Shown here: positions 14,401 through 26,425 of the stretch, in pieces
Layout of the letters: each line of letters opens with the position of its first letter
Position numbering within the stretch: the first letter of the stretch is position 1
Assembly: GCA_037447605.1 (NCBI GenBank)
Contig: CM074805.1
Span: forward strand, 3,505,361-3,569,360
DNA from: Zygnema circumcarinatum SAG 698-1b
Lineage: Eukaryota > Plantae > Zygnematophyceae
Reading direction: 5' to 3'
Length of the DNA: 64,000 nucleotides
The notes under the pieces: model-generated
What the model was told of the DNA's origin: nothing
Databases searched by the model: none
What the model saw: only the letters and a program-made list of their open reading frames with translations
Position numbers and translations under genes: made by a program

Positions 14401-17400
14401 TTTTCCTGTTAATAGCCATGAAATGCTACCAATTGGCACACGACAGCATAAAATAGCAAGCGACGCTGAGCAAAACTGCAGAGGCTCTAACTATTGGCAA
14501 CCTCATAGTACCGGATAGTGGAATGGCGGTTCAGTCTCCGTTCCGACTTGGTCCACCATGACCGAGAAACCGAATCCGCCAAACTTCCAGCCACCGGTTG
14601 TGGTCAAGAACACCGTCTAGTGAAACATATGACAGAAATCAGATCGCACTTGAAGCCGGAGGTTAATAAATCACACAGCTCAATTTTAACACATACCGCA
14701 ATCCCTACAAACTGAGCATTGAGCAAGCCAACAAACATCATCCTTCCATCCTGAAGGACAATAGAATTGGTAAATTCCAAAGAAATTTTGTGTGTGCTTC
14801 CACACCTCAGGAGATATCGATCGATGCACCATTTTTGCATTTTTATGCAAGAAAGACAGAGTCTCTGTCAACTGTAACAGCCCATGTTTCACTTCCAGCT
14901 GACCCAATTCCTGCAAAAGGAGCCAAAAATATGCCACAAAAACTCAAGCACAATGTCAGCATATGAAAAAGTGGCAAGGAAACTTTGATTTGATACGGGA
15001 CTCACTGCGTGTTTGCCAGACTAGTGCGAAATAATCCTGATCCATTCTCACTGCAAATGTGGAAATGACGCTCATGATCACACGAGACCAAGTTTCCTTC
15101 AGAATGTCAACAGGACATGTAAAAGTTTCAAGAGAATACAGTAACATTCATGAACAGCGGACCTCAGAGATGTAGCACTGTCCAGCTCACGGGGAAACTG
15201 AAGCAAACAGGGAACACAGGAAACCAGAGAAATTCAATTACCAGGTGTTTGAGCTCATCAGGAACCTTTGCCATATTCTCGTAATTGCCCAGTGCATTGG
15301 CTACTGACGAAAAGAGTGGCTCTGTGACAATGGTCATCGCGGCTTTATTCTCATCCAGTGCTTCCACCACTCTCACGACTCCAGGATGCCTCAGTCTCTG
15401 CAAGAGCTTGGCATCTGCTCGAAAAATGTCGAACAGAGCCTCCTCCGCAGCCTTGCTGCAAATGACCAACAGAATCCCAACCGGCCCTTTATACATCAAA
15501 AAGCAACTTTTGTGAAACAGGTGCGCAAGAAGACGCGCAGACATTACAAGGTTCTTCATGGTGAGGAGGAGGCAGAGTGATCCCTTTACTTCAAGAATGC
15601 TAACAAAAAGACTTCAAAGCTGCAAAACTTGCCATATTTATAAGGAAGAAAAGAAAGAAGATAACTGGTCAGACGGAACCATTGGTACAACACCAAAATG
15701 ACAACAAGCATAGCCCTTACAATCCTTGCCCTAACGAGTTCTACTGCTCCAAACTCAGTTCTTTAGACAAATCTATTGAACCCAGCTAGTTGAGGTTGAT
15801 CAGAACAAAATGTAGAACCTCACGACTATATCAGGAAAAAGTTAACAATAACAAAAGAAAACTCGGTAAGTCAAGATTGTGAAGCATTGTGAAAATGCAC
15901 TCTTAAGCGGTTAGTTTGTTAAAAAACCAACGAGAGCTACAATTTTATTGCCAAAACGCTGAATATGGAATAAGTCATTTTTTCAGTAACTGGTATCCTA
16001 TTGTCCTTGCTTCCTGAACGTTTTCTCCACAAAAGAGACCAGCACTGCATTTGAAAACTCTTCAATTATGCAAACACAAGGGCGGCTTGGGCGACTTTTA
16101 AAGGTCATTAACTTCATTATTAGCAAGATTCCTACATTTGACCAATGTGGCATGAAATTCTGGAAAAAAAAATAGTAGGCGATAAAAAAACACATGTTTC
16201 AGCTCTCGAACTAATTCTAAAGAACTTTGGCCGATGCCTAGGGAGGACAAAAAGATTCTAGTCGGACATGTCGGCATCCTCGCAAAACCCAACATTGGAT
16301 GCTTCATTGTTCATCCCACCTCGTGCACATTCTGGACCAATGGAAATACGGGCAAAACAAACACGTAAACTCTTGCATGTTGCAGGAGTTCAATAGGGGT
16401 TAAGGTAGAGGTTCATGTTACTGGACATCTCATGTAAAGTCTGTACTTGACCCATACCCTAGCTTCCACATTTCCAGCAAACTATCCGTCGTCCAAATTT
16501 TTCTCTCAAGTTTGGCAAACAACTGCGCATATGAATGTCCTTGAAAAGTCCCGCATGAAAACTGCACCTGGTTCCGCGCTTGTTTCGCTCCTCTGCCAAT
16601 GCCTTCTTATCCAAAACCCACACACAAGCTTCAGCACTAAGCTCCTGCTGAGCTTTGTTCTTGGGCTTTGCTCGGTACAGCTTCCATAAAAGTCCTGGCC
16701 CTCCAGATCCAACCTGGAGATGGAGAAGCGGATGTCCACAAAGAGCTTGTTATATCTTCCAATTTGGACGAATTTATATTCTTTTTTGCATTCGGGCCAG
16801 TTTGGCAAATGCTCCACTAGCAATTTCTATGCAACAAATGAAAAAACGCTTCGAAAAGAAAAATGGCCTTCGCTTAGAAAAAGACATTGTGGGGGTGGAC
16901 TAAGAATCTGGAGGATAGTCATTGATGATGGAAACTGTTAAAAATGTAAAACTTCAAAGCAGCTTACATTGAAATACATGCGGCCTCAAAAAATAGAATG
17001 CGTCGACCTGCAAAAACACAAGTTCATTCATCTCACCTGTTCTCCAATATCATACTCGCTCAAAGCCTTAGGTCCTGTAACTTCCTGCACCGTGCTCTGA
17101 AAACGATAAAAACGAGATATGCTGTTTAGCGACAGCTGGAGAGTGGCCACAAGAAACGGACAGTTGTCTAACAGGCACATGGATGCTAACTACAGTTCCG
17201 GTTTCACATTTGGCTGAGAAGCGGCAAGGGTTGCTCGTAAGTGAGGAATGCAGCTGACCAGTTCGCAAGCAACTATACTAACTGAAAATGTAGCGGTAAA
17301 GGAGAGGCCGCTTTTTGCGCCGTTGCTCAGACAAAGTTTTGAAATGAATCCTTCACAGCGATAGAAATCTCTCACAGGATGCGGATCTGCTAATGGAATA

Positions 17401-17554
17401 CGCGCACTACTATTCCCTCTACGCACGAACCATTCACCTCTTTCAATCGAAAACAAAATGTTCAAGAGGGGCAAAAATCTTGACTTACAGCGACAGCTTT
17501 GTCAATCTGCGCTGCAGTGTTGGCCAGGATCTTCTGAAATCCGGCAAAATTCAT
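8471..17554 (-). CDS. SCYL2: SCY1-like protein 2 (pseudokinase + HEAT repeats, clathrin-associated)
   Basis: Multi-exon gene: [22 protein letters not shown] / [20 protein letters not shown] / [13 protein letters not shown] / [18 protein letters not shown] / LEVKHGLLQ / [12 protein letters not shown] / [19 protein letters not shown] / KIEEKRGV. Ends in GLGRGRGRG...LLDLL*, the plant SCYL2 tail with a clathrin-box-like motif. Confidence 0.93.
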
Positions 17555-17733
17555 TTTGCTATGCCGTGAAGCCGCTCCCACTCTCCAAGCCTCCAAGAGG
17601 GACTTCAGGAAACGAGAAGAAGGCGCATAAGCATCAACAACAGCGAAAAAAACGATGTGTGTTGAAGGGCATGCAGACGACAAAACTCCTGCAACACCCT
17701 TTATTCCTGTCACTAGTCGGCTCAGCCCGAGAG

Positions 17734-17772
17734 CCCCGCCCCTCCCCTCCCCTCCCCTCCCCTCCCCTCCCC
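17734..17772 (-). repeat. (GGGGA)n tract in the SCYL2 5' region
   Basis: About 7 CCCCT units on the + strand, about 180 bp upstream of the SCYL2 ATG. Confidence 0.85.
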
Positions 17773-18060
17773 GGGACTTGGAACGACAGGCTTCAAACGG
17801 GCTGCGCTGCCCCATGGCCATCAACCGCATCGGCCAGTACACCGTATTTGGCAATATCCTCGATACGCCACCGTACGGGTCTGTACCATTTCGTGCCATG
17901 TTGTACAACATGACTGTACAATGTGTTGTCCTACACGTACTATTGATGCTTTGGATATTCAAGTTCAGCTCATAGCTTTTTACTTGCCTTAGGCCTTTGT
18001 GACCGGGTTCGACCGGGATCCATGTAAACTTCTTCATCCTTTGGATTTGCAAAGAGAATT

Positions 18061-18102
18061 AGCATTGGTCTCACGATGGCGATGCCATCAAATGTACATG
18101 GA
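18061..18102 (+). repeat. Copy of the dispersed TIR-like motif GCATTGGTCTCACGATGGCGATGCCATCAAATGTACATGG
   Basis: Direct sequence match to copies at 7480, 7960-7990 (reverse complement), 18550 and 40321-40361 (reverse complement). Confidence 0.7.
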
Positions 18103-18972
18103 AAAAAAGAACATAGAGGACTAGGGGTGACCTAGGAATGAAAGAAAAAGCTGTGAGCGTAACTTTGCTCCTAGGCCCGACGACAAAGCTCTACCAACGC
18201 GGCCCGGCAGCCGCGAAGAAACGCTGGCAATGGCCCGCGGTGAAACGAAGGGTACAAAAGGTCGAGGTAGGCCGCGCGCTGGAACCTCAAGCTTGCAGTC
18301 GACCGCACGCGGCATCGGCAGGGAGAGGGAGAGGGACCCGCAAGAAGGGCAGGGAACCGCGGGCAGCAGCAACCTCCTCCGTCGATGTCGATTGGACACG
18401 CGAGATGAGATGGACTCAACAACAAGAAGGGAAACGAAAAGGGGAACACGAGCTTGGTCCTCGTGGGACGCAAACCGCGGGCACCACGCTAAGGGACCTG
18501 CATCGGAAGGGCACCATCATCATCATCATGAACATGGGCAGCGACATTAGGCGTTGACCTCACGATGGCGAGGCCATCAAATGGCTCAAAAGATTCATGT
18601 GCCATGTGACCATGTCCTGGGGCCATGTGCCCGCCGCTGCTGCGCTGTACGGCCTGTGGATGACGGACGGAGCGTCTGTCGGCTTGCGCGTGGAAACCGT
18701 TGTCACGTCACGGATGGCTCGGGATCCCCACACGTCAGCACAGGACTCCTTTGGAGCCAATCACAGCGTGCCACGTAACACACATGTGTCAAACTTCGGT
18801 GAATCGGTGATCCATCGATTTGGACCTCGGTCCCTCACTCGAGTCTGTACCGTACCATACGGCACCGTAGAGAAGTGAGGCCTAGGGATGGACATTTGTC
18901 CGTACAATCTACTTTTAGAGTTTTAGATTGGAAAATGATACAGCCGCCCCACTTTTTGGATATCCGCCCCCC

Positions 18973-19278
18973 TCAAAAAAACCCTCTAAGAGAATTTAAA
19001 CTATCTAACTGTTTGCAATAATGAAGAATGTCTTCCAATGAAAAGTCTGTCAGACTCTTCTGAAACTCGTCTTTTTCCCATCCAATTACTGAAAATTCTG
19101 CCTCGAAAGTACCAGTGTTTGGAAATGTTGAAGCAAGGTCTCCAAAAAATTCTCGCAACATTGCAAAACTTTCCCCAATGTCTGCACCATTCTACCCAGC
19201 GCAAACGTTTGTGCTTGCATCGTCGCATTCATTCCCTACTCTCCTCAAATGAACATCTTCTCGATATGCTCGAAGAAG
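18973..19278 (-). pseudogene. Decayed C-terminal fragment of a hAT-like transposase
   Basis: Reads LLRAYREDVHLRRVGNECDDASTNVCAG*NGADIGESFAMLREFFGDLASTFPNTGTFEAEFSVIGWEKDEFQKSLTDFSLEDILHYCKQ. It resembles, from recall, the 'FCGGLAxxFPNTAxVESDFSxxxWEKDxxRxSLTDFSLEGILHxKQ' family. In-frame TAG at 19194-19192 where a Trp is expected. An Ac-like TAGGGATG occurs at 18883. Confidence 0.7.
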
Positions 19279-19380
19279 GCCAGCTAGTAAACCAAGCTCG
19301 CAAGCAAACGAGCCGGCCTAAAGGAGGCAAGCGAGCGGGCAAAGAGGTAGCCAAGAGACATGCAAGATGCAGGTAGACGG

Positions 19381-19382
<2 letters not shown>

Positions 19383-19417
<35 letters not shown>

Positions 19418-19418
19418 C
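19383..19418 (+). repeat. (AGGC)9 microsatellite, equivalent to CCTG on the minus strand
   Basis: Nine perfect tetramer units. Confidence 0.95.
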
Positions 19419-19758
19419 GCTCAGCAGAAAGCCGGCGGCTGGTATTACAGCACTTCGTTCGTACATGTACGGCTTCGTCCGTACGTGCCATAATTACGGG
19501 TTTTTTAAACCAATTTAAGGGACAATCCCTTATTATCGTAAGCCGACATCCCGTATTTAAAGCGGCCTTGATAGGCAGGTCGGTACCGTACGGACGAACG
19601 GCAGCACGCAGGGACGCAGGGACGCAGGGACGCAGGGACGCACCCCGGTCCCCGGGCCGGGCAGCTGGAGACTTGCTTGCTCAGCTCAGCGGTTGCCTTA
19701 GTCAAGGGCAGCAAGAGGGAGACCACCCGGGCGAGGCCAGGCGCGGCGCGGGAGGCAG

Positions 19759-19947
19759 CGGAGCAGGGAGCAGGGAGCAGGGAGCAGGGAGCAGGGAGCA
19801 GGGAGCAGGGAGCAGGGAGCAGGGAGCAGGGAGCAGGGAGCAGGGAGCAGGGAGCAGGGAGCAGGAAGAAGGAAGAAGGAAGCAGGGAGCAGGGAGCAGG
19901 GAGCAGGAAGCAGGAAGAAGGAAGCAGGGAGCAGGGAGCAGGGAGGA
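19759..19947 (+). repeat. (GGGAGCA)n heptamer tandem array
   Basis: 14 perfect GGGAGCA units (19766-19863) followed by about 12 more units, some of them GGAAGAA/GGAAGCA variants. This array explains the spurious overlapping ORFs at 19367-20179. Confidence 0.95.
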
Positions 19948-20421
19948 AGGATGCCAGGTAGGCTCTTCGTTTCTCCCTTCTCCACGAGCGCGGTGGCCTT
20001 CGCTGCCATTTTGCCCGGCAGCTCGGGATCCATTTCGGGGACAGCTCGCTGGCACTTGTGCCCGCTTGTGTTTGTTGCTTCTCGAGCGAGCAAATAGCTG
20101 GCAGCAGTCTCCGTTGAGTTAGGACTAGTTTATCAGGGCTGAGCCTCCTGGCATGTTTAATATCAACCCTTTGGTTCATGGAGGCCTTGTCCTCTATGTA
20201 CAGTAGGTTGGGCGTGGCCGTTATGGAGTTTTTGTTGCTGGATTAGGTTGGCCGCTCGTGGTGCTTCAGAGTGGCTCTGCTCTGCAGTGTGTGATGCAGG
20301 AGTAATGTCGACCGTATTTTTTCTAACGAGGTTTTTTGTAAAGCAGTACTAGGATCCCTTGGACAGACCATAAAAAACTCAGGCTCGCTAGGTGAATGTG
20401 TGCGGGGAATCTGCAGAGGAA

Positions 20422-23400
20422 ATGGACCTCAATATACCTTTCGAGGAAGTGCCGGCTGCATGCGACATCGGGAATGAGGTACAGGAGTGTCAGGAGCGGA
20501 CAGAACATGAGGAGGCGGTGACTGTGGAAGAAGGCGGGTTTGGCCATCAAGTGCAAGGTATAGTAGTTGCAGGAATCAAGCAAAGGCTTGGGACGACTTT
20601 AGGAACTGTCAGTTGGGGCAAACACTTTTCAAGACAGTCACCGGGGAGTGAGTGCGTTTTGTGAGATTATTCTTTGATCGAGTTCTTTTTTAAGTTGGCT
20701 GCAAACGAAGCCTTCTGTCTATGATTGCCATGATTATTTAAGTAGGAATTCATTTTATTGTTGAAAGCGTCGCTTACCCTGTTTCCAGTTTGTTGCATTC
20801 TGTCATGTAGATGTATGAATCGCTTAGATTGGTTTTTTGTTAATCCCTGAGTCTGTTAGAAGTATGTGTTAACGACCGCTGGAAGAAGGATTTGCCTAAA
20901 TTCAGGCCGTGTGATTAAATTTACAATTACTGTCTCTTTCACTTACAGACCAACCTGCACAAGTCGAGGTCCGCAGCACTTTCAGTTTCGATATTGAGAC
21001 GATTGAAGATCCAAATGATGAACATGCGACAGAAACTGGTGACATAGCTGATGCTCCAGAAGTTAGGGCTGAAGAGGACAGAGGATTTCGTTTTGAAGCT
21101 GAGGAAAGAGGAGAAGAGGAGGAGCTAGAGCATGGGGATGAGGGAATTGAGGGCTTGGAAGGGGTAGAAGGAGAGGATGGAGGCGATGCTGAAGAGGAAC
21201 ACCGTACTCAAATGCCTGTCAGTGAGAGGAGGAAGAAGAGGCGCCTAGAAGTGTTTGTTGGTGGATTAGACAAGGAAGCCACGGAGGATGATATTCGGGA
21301 GGTGTTTGAGACTGTAGGAGATGTAGCAGAGGTGCGGCTGATGAGAGATCCTGACACTGGTCGAAACAAAGGTTATGCTTTTGTGCGTTACACCACGACA
21401 GCTGCTGCTGCTAGAGCCGCGGTGGAACTGGAATTATCACAGGTGATAGATACTCTTTGAGTTTTGACTGACTATTGCTTAGTGAATGAGGTGGAGAAAT
21501 GGGTGGAGCAATGTCCCTCTCGCACTCACGATTTGGAAGTCACACCTGGAAGTCAATTTTGTTGTTGGTGTATAGTGTCATCTGGAGTGGACTCAACTTG
21601 TTCTAGATTTCAACCTCCCCCTCAACCAGTTCATATGAACTCCATTAATAACTCTGCATTTATACGCCCATTCCCTTTTTTTTAAAGTCTTTAGAAACGG
21701 TTGAATAGTCTTTTTTTATATCAGTTCACAGAGTTGCAGACTTTAGTTCAATCCCTTTGCTCAAGACTTGAGATCTGCTCTACATGGCCTACTGAAATGT
21801 CAAATTCTGGACGCGTTTTTTGGCGCAGGTTAGAGGGAAGAAAGTCGGTGTTTTGCCCAGTGAGGAGAATGACACACTTTTTGTGGGAAATATCAATAAA
21901 TCTTGGGCGAGAGAGGATGTGAGTTTCCCTTCTTTCGCACTTTTGGTTTTTGAGTGCGTTCAGTTTGGGAATTCCTCTTCACTTGTTTTCTATTACCCGG
22001 TAATTGCAATGACTCAATTCCCGGGGTTGCGTAGGGAGGGCGATTTGTAAAAGCTAGAAGCTAGCTTCAGTGTTAATGGCTTTGCTTGCAGACCTGTCTA
22101 CGCGGTCCTTTGAAACTAGAGTATGGATTCTGACGAAAGTCATGTGTCGACGCGCTTGGTGGCATTATACACTATTCCCAACCTCTCTTACCTCTTTTCC
22201 AGCTATCCCTCTTAGAAAATATAACATTCGTTTAGTTCAAGCCAACTTCTGATTTCACAGCTGTTAGGCTTTGTCGTTTATGTTTTGACAGGTATTGGAA
22301 ACGTTGAACAATTATGGGATTGTTGGTGTTGAAGAAGTGACGCTTATGGAGGACCCACAGCATGAGGGCATGAACCGTGGGTTCGCCTTTGTTGAATTTG
22401 GGGAGCATAAAGATGCGTTGAGTGCCTGGCGAAAACTTCAAACTCCTGAGGCCACCTTTGGACTAGATAGATCAGCAAAAGTTGCGTGGGCGCAACCATT
22501 GAATGAACCGGATGAAGAGACTATGGCGCAGGTACGTTACATATAGTTGGGAGATGCAAGGACTTGATAGGCTAGGTTCATGTTGTGTTGGAGCAGTGAT
22601 GTGTGAAGCTTAAACGATTGTCGATTCTCGGTAGTTAGTTCTAAGAGCTCCCCTTTGCTACTTCAAAGAACTAGTGGACAGTTATGATGGTATGTTTATG
22701 GAAGTAAAACTCAATTCTCCTGGGCAAGTGAATGGAACAGCTAAATCAGGTACTCTTCATCGATTTAGACTGCTCTATTGAGTTCACCAGTCATGCTAAC
22801 AGAGTCAAAGGAGGTCACTTTCTTCAGGTGAAGTCGTTGTTCGTAGATGGCATGCCTCCCATGTGGAGTGAGGACCAGGTAGCAGAACATTTCGGGAGAT
22901 TTGGTGAGATTGAAAGAATTGTACTCGCGAAAAATATGCAGTCAGCAAAACGAAAAGACTTTGGATTTGTGAATTTTAAATCTCGAGAATCTGCGCTCAC
23001 CGCAATTGAATCCTTGAACAACACCGAGGTTCTGGAGGATGGAACGAAGGTGTGGAAGCCTGAAGCCTCTATGCTGTGCTTGTGTTTAGAACCTCTATGC
23101 CTTTACAAATTTAATCTCGAAGTTCCATGGACGTTCCTGGCTGCAAGTTGTTTAAATTGCAACCATCCTGTATTGATGTAAACTCTTTCTAACTTGCAGT
23201 TTTAATTTTTTATGCTTGATTGAACGGCTGAAACTGCCACTTGTCGCTGTGCAGATTCGTATGAGGGTGACATTGGCCAAACCACAGACCAAAGCCCGTC
23301 CTGTGAAAGGTGGTGTGCGCGGTGGTTATCCTGTTAGGAGTGGACGAGGTGGTTACGAGTCTCGAGATACTTGGTCTGGTGAACGAGGAGGTAGATATGA

Positions 23401-26400
23401 GAGTCCTAGAGGAAGCAGAGGTACACCACGCAGTGAGCGTTATGAAAACCGTGACAGAGGGAAAGGTAGGCGAGATGCTGAGGATGAGAAGTCCAGTATA
23501 GATTCTCTATTGAGAGTTCTGCGCGAGCAAGCTGAAAAAGAGGAAAAGGCAGCTGGGACAGTTGCAAATGGTGCACCAAAAGAGATTGCAGCAGCTGCCC
23601 TACTGCCAGCTTTGTTGACACCAAAACCTGCTACAACAGCTCCACTCCCTTCAGTAGCTGAAACCTCAGCTTCTGTGGACGGAGAGGCAGAATTATCTAG
23701 TCAGCCCATTTCTGATACTGGCGAGCATGCAGCGGTCGAGGAACCACCTGTCAAATCTATTGGCGAGGCTGAACCTAGAGGAAAGGGTCCTGGAGAGAAG
23801 GTTCCAAGTGACAAATACGAGTGCAATATGTGTGGATTTGGTTCCGACATTGAGGAAGAGTACCATCGGCACCTATCGACCAGAGTTCATAAACTCATTG
23901 CAAACTTGAGGAAAGATGAGAAGCTTGCAAACAAGACCCCTCTAAGTATATTGCATGAGTTTGCCTCGAGAAATCGGGCGGAGGTAGGTCATCCACAGAC
24001 GAGTTTCTCATATCTCGTCTCTTGCGGTTTGTTGATATGTTTTGTGTTATGTCAATGGCGTTGCGTTACATATCCCATGGTTTTTATTGGTTGTTCCAGC
24101 CTTTGCGTAGGAGAAGCCGTGAATCTGCAGATGTTTTCTAGGTTAAGTAATTTCTTCTTGTGGTTCTACAGGTAACATATGAAACGCAGTCAGATAGTAA
24201 TCTTGGGCCATTTGAAATCACGGCAAGGATTTCCCGTGGAAGCAATGGTGTTCCCTCCGTTACCGGTGTTGGCAGAGGAAGGCAGAAAACTAAGGCTAAA
24301 CAAACGGCTGCAGCTGAAGCTTTGGAGGTCCTCATGAAGGACGTGCCAGAATCAGAGTTTACAAAGCCAGGGCAAGCGAGACTGAAGGCAATGGATCGAA
24401 GGGGTGGAGACAAAGGTGATGTAGGTCGAAGGGGTGAAAGAGGTCGTGACCGTGAGCGTGAGCGTGATTATGGAAGGAGGGCAGATGATAGACGGGGTGT
24501 ACGTTATGAACGTGAGGAAAAGAATTATGATAGAGATGCAAGGTCAGGGCATGGAAGCAGGTATGGAAGAGATGATGGTCCAAGGTATCCTGAGAACCGG
24601 TATGGACAAAAAGAGGAGACATATGCTGAAAGGCTTGAACGGATTCAGGGAAGAGGATATGCGATGAGACTCTTGGCAGCAGCAGCTCCACCAACACCTG
24701 CACCAACCATGATGTATCCTATGGATGAAAGGTTGCAAGTCGTTGGTGTCAAAAGGCCATATGTCATGACCTCATCTGGGGTATGTGTCCATTTCTTCAC
24801 CCTACATGCCTCTTTTAAACTATCTGATAACAGCATGTTGTTGTTGGCTTTCTCAGTACAATAGAACCCCTCCGAGTGAACCTCTTGTAAACGGAAATTA
24901 GCTTAGTGAAGTCTTTTCTAAGTTTCATCGATTGGGGTAGAAAATGAAACTGCGGCGTCCCTGGAATTGCAATTTTGCGCTACGGTTGTTCCATGTGGGC
25001 ACCGGTCCAATCGCACTTACAGAGGTTTTACTTTAGCATCTTTTGCTGGGAATTTGTTGATAGTTTTTGTCAGGAAGCATTTCTCTGCTGTCACTTGCGT
25101 TCTTGATGTTTTCACGAATTAGTGAAACGAGCATTCTGGTAAAAAGCACTTCGTTTTTCGTTCATTGGCGGTTTAATATTTCTTACTCTTTTTTTTTGTC
25201 GTCCTTTTTGGTCGCACTGCCCCTGCTTGTAGTTCGATTAGGTCATTGAAAAGGAAAGCGTCGTGGACTGAAACATCCCGCATAATGTTGCTGCAGGATC
25301 TTGGTACAGTCTATGTGGACTCGCGGGGAGTACATAGGGCTCGAATAGATGGGACTGATCCCAACCCTCCGATGGTCTTCGAGTCTAGGTAAAGCTTCAG
25401 CCTTATGAAGAAAATTTTGCTGTTGTATTGGTTTGGTCCTTGTTCACCTTTTAAGTATCCTTTTGAGATGCATTGGGTTTTTTATTCCACAGCGATCATG
25501 CGTTGAAATGACATGGTGCAAGTGGTGACTTGCTGGTTCTTCAGTTGGCTAATTTTGCTGGCCGCATGTGGGTCGACGTGTGATTGCAGAATGCCCTATG
25601 GGGCTTATCAGACAATTGTGACTATTCCTTCTGTATCTCCGGGTTCTTCAGCTCCAGTAGCAGGCACAAGTTTCACGGGTGGTCTCGCTGGTCCTGCTAA
25701 TGCAGTCTATCCCGGCAGTTACGGAGCAACATATGCCAACGCCCATGAATTTGTGAACCACCAATCAGCTGAGGTACATTGCGTTGGCTGCGTCTGATTT
25801 GGCCTTCACCAATATTCTTTCGCAACGCATTAGGCATTCTGTACACATTCAATTTTGTCACCGGCTCTCACCACTGCTCATTGCGCACGGAGCTATTTTG
25901 CATGAAGTGAAAGTCAAAGTCATTGAGCTTGGGTTGATCTAGAGCTTTTGTAACATAAAGCACAAAGAAAGTGCAAAATGCCCGTAGGCCGTAACACAAT
26001 CTTGGTTATGTTGCTCCGCGTTTTGGAGTACGAAAGCACGCATGCAGGAAGTAGAAGTGTTCTATCCGATGTTGGGCGGGTGTTTATCCTATCAGTGTTT
26101 TAAACGGCTGGACAGCTTATGGTTTAGTGAACAGATTGACAAGAACTTAATCATTGAATTTGAACTTGAACGTGACTAAAGCATGTAGATAAGTGCTGTG
26201 TATAGTTATTGTAATGTGGTTCTGGAGTAGTAGGTAGGCATTAGCGGGTCAAAGGTGTTCACTGTTTTCTCGCGCAATGTGCAGCAATTCAATGCATCTG
26301 GAGGGAATGGACAATTCCAACCTAATTCCTCTGCACCGTATAGTACGGTGATGGGGTCAGGGCAGCCTCCAACACATGGCCATACTACATTTGCTCAAGG

Positions 26401-26425
26401 TGGCATTCAACCCTCACAATACTGA
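20422..26425 (+). CDS. hnRNP Q/R-like RNA-binding protein: acidic N-terminus, 3 RRMs, RG-rich region, C2H2 (U1/JAZ-type) zinc finger, dsRBD
   Basis: Exons 20422-20557, 20949-21442, 21829-21918, 22292-22531, 22828-23049, 23255-23983, 24172-24780, 25297-25388, 25590-25773, 26285-26425, all phase-consistent GT-AG. RNP motifs VFVGGL/KGYAFVRY, LFVGNI/RGFAFVEF, LFVDGM/KDFGFVNF. Zinc finger CNMC-X12-H-X5-H. dsRBD KTPLSILHEF...GRGRQKTKAKQTAAAEAL. Confidence 0.9.

Noticed and set aside
18000-18022. GGTTCGA, suggestive of a tRNA T-loop or SINE B-box
   Set aside because: No cloverleaf or A-box at the proper spacing; I found no tRNA or rRNA gene in the window.
19367-20179. Long overlapping ORFs (251, 224, 131 aa) with GAGSREQ / LLPAPCS repeats
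   Set aside because: They are by-products of a stop-free heptamer tandem repeat, open in several frames on both strands.
25455-25464. GTATCCTTTT matching the U12-type 5' splice site
   Set aside because: It lies mid-intron, there is no TCCTTAAC branch site before the next acceptor, and the frame already closes with U2-type sites.
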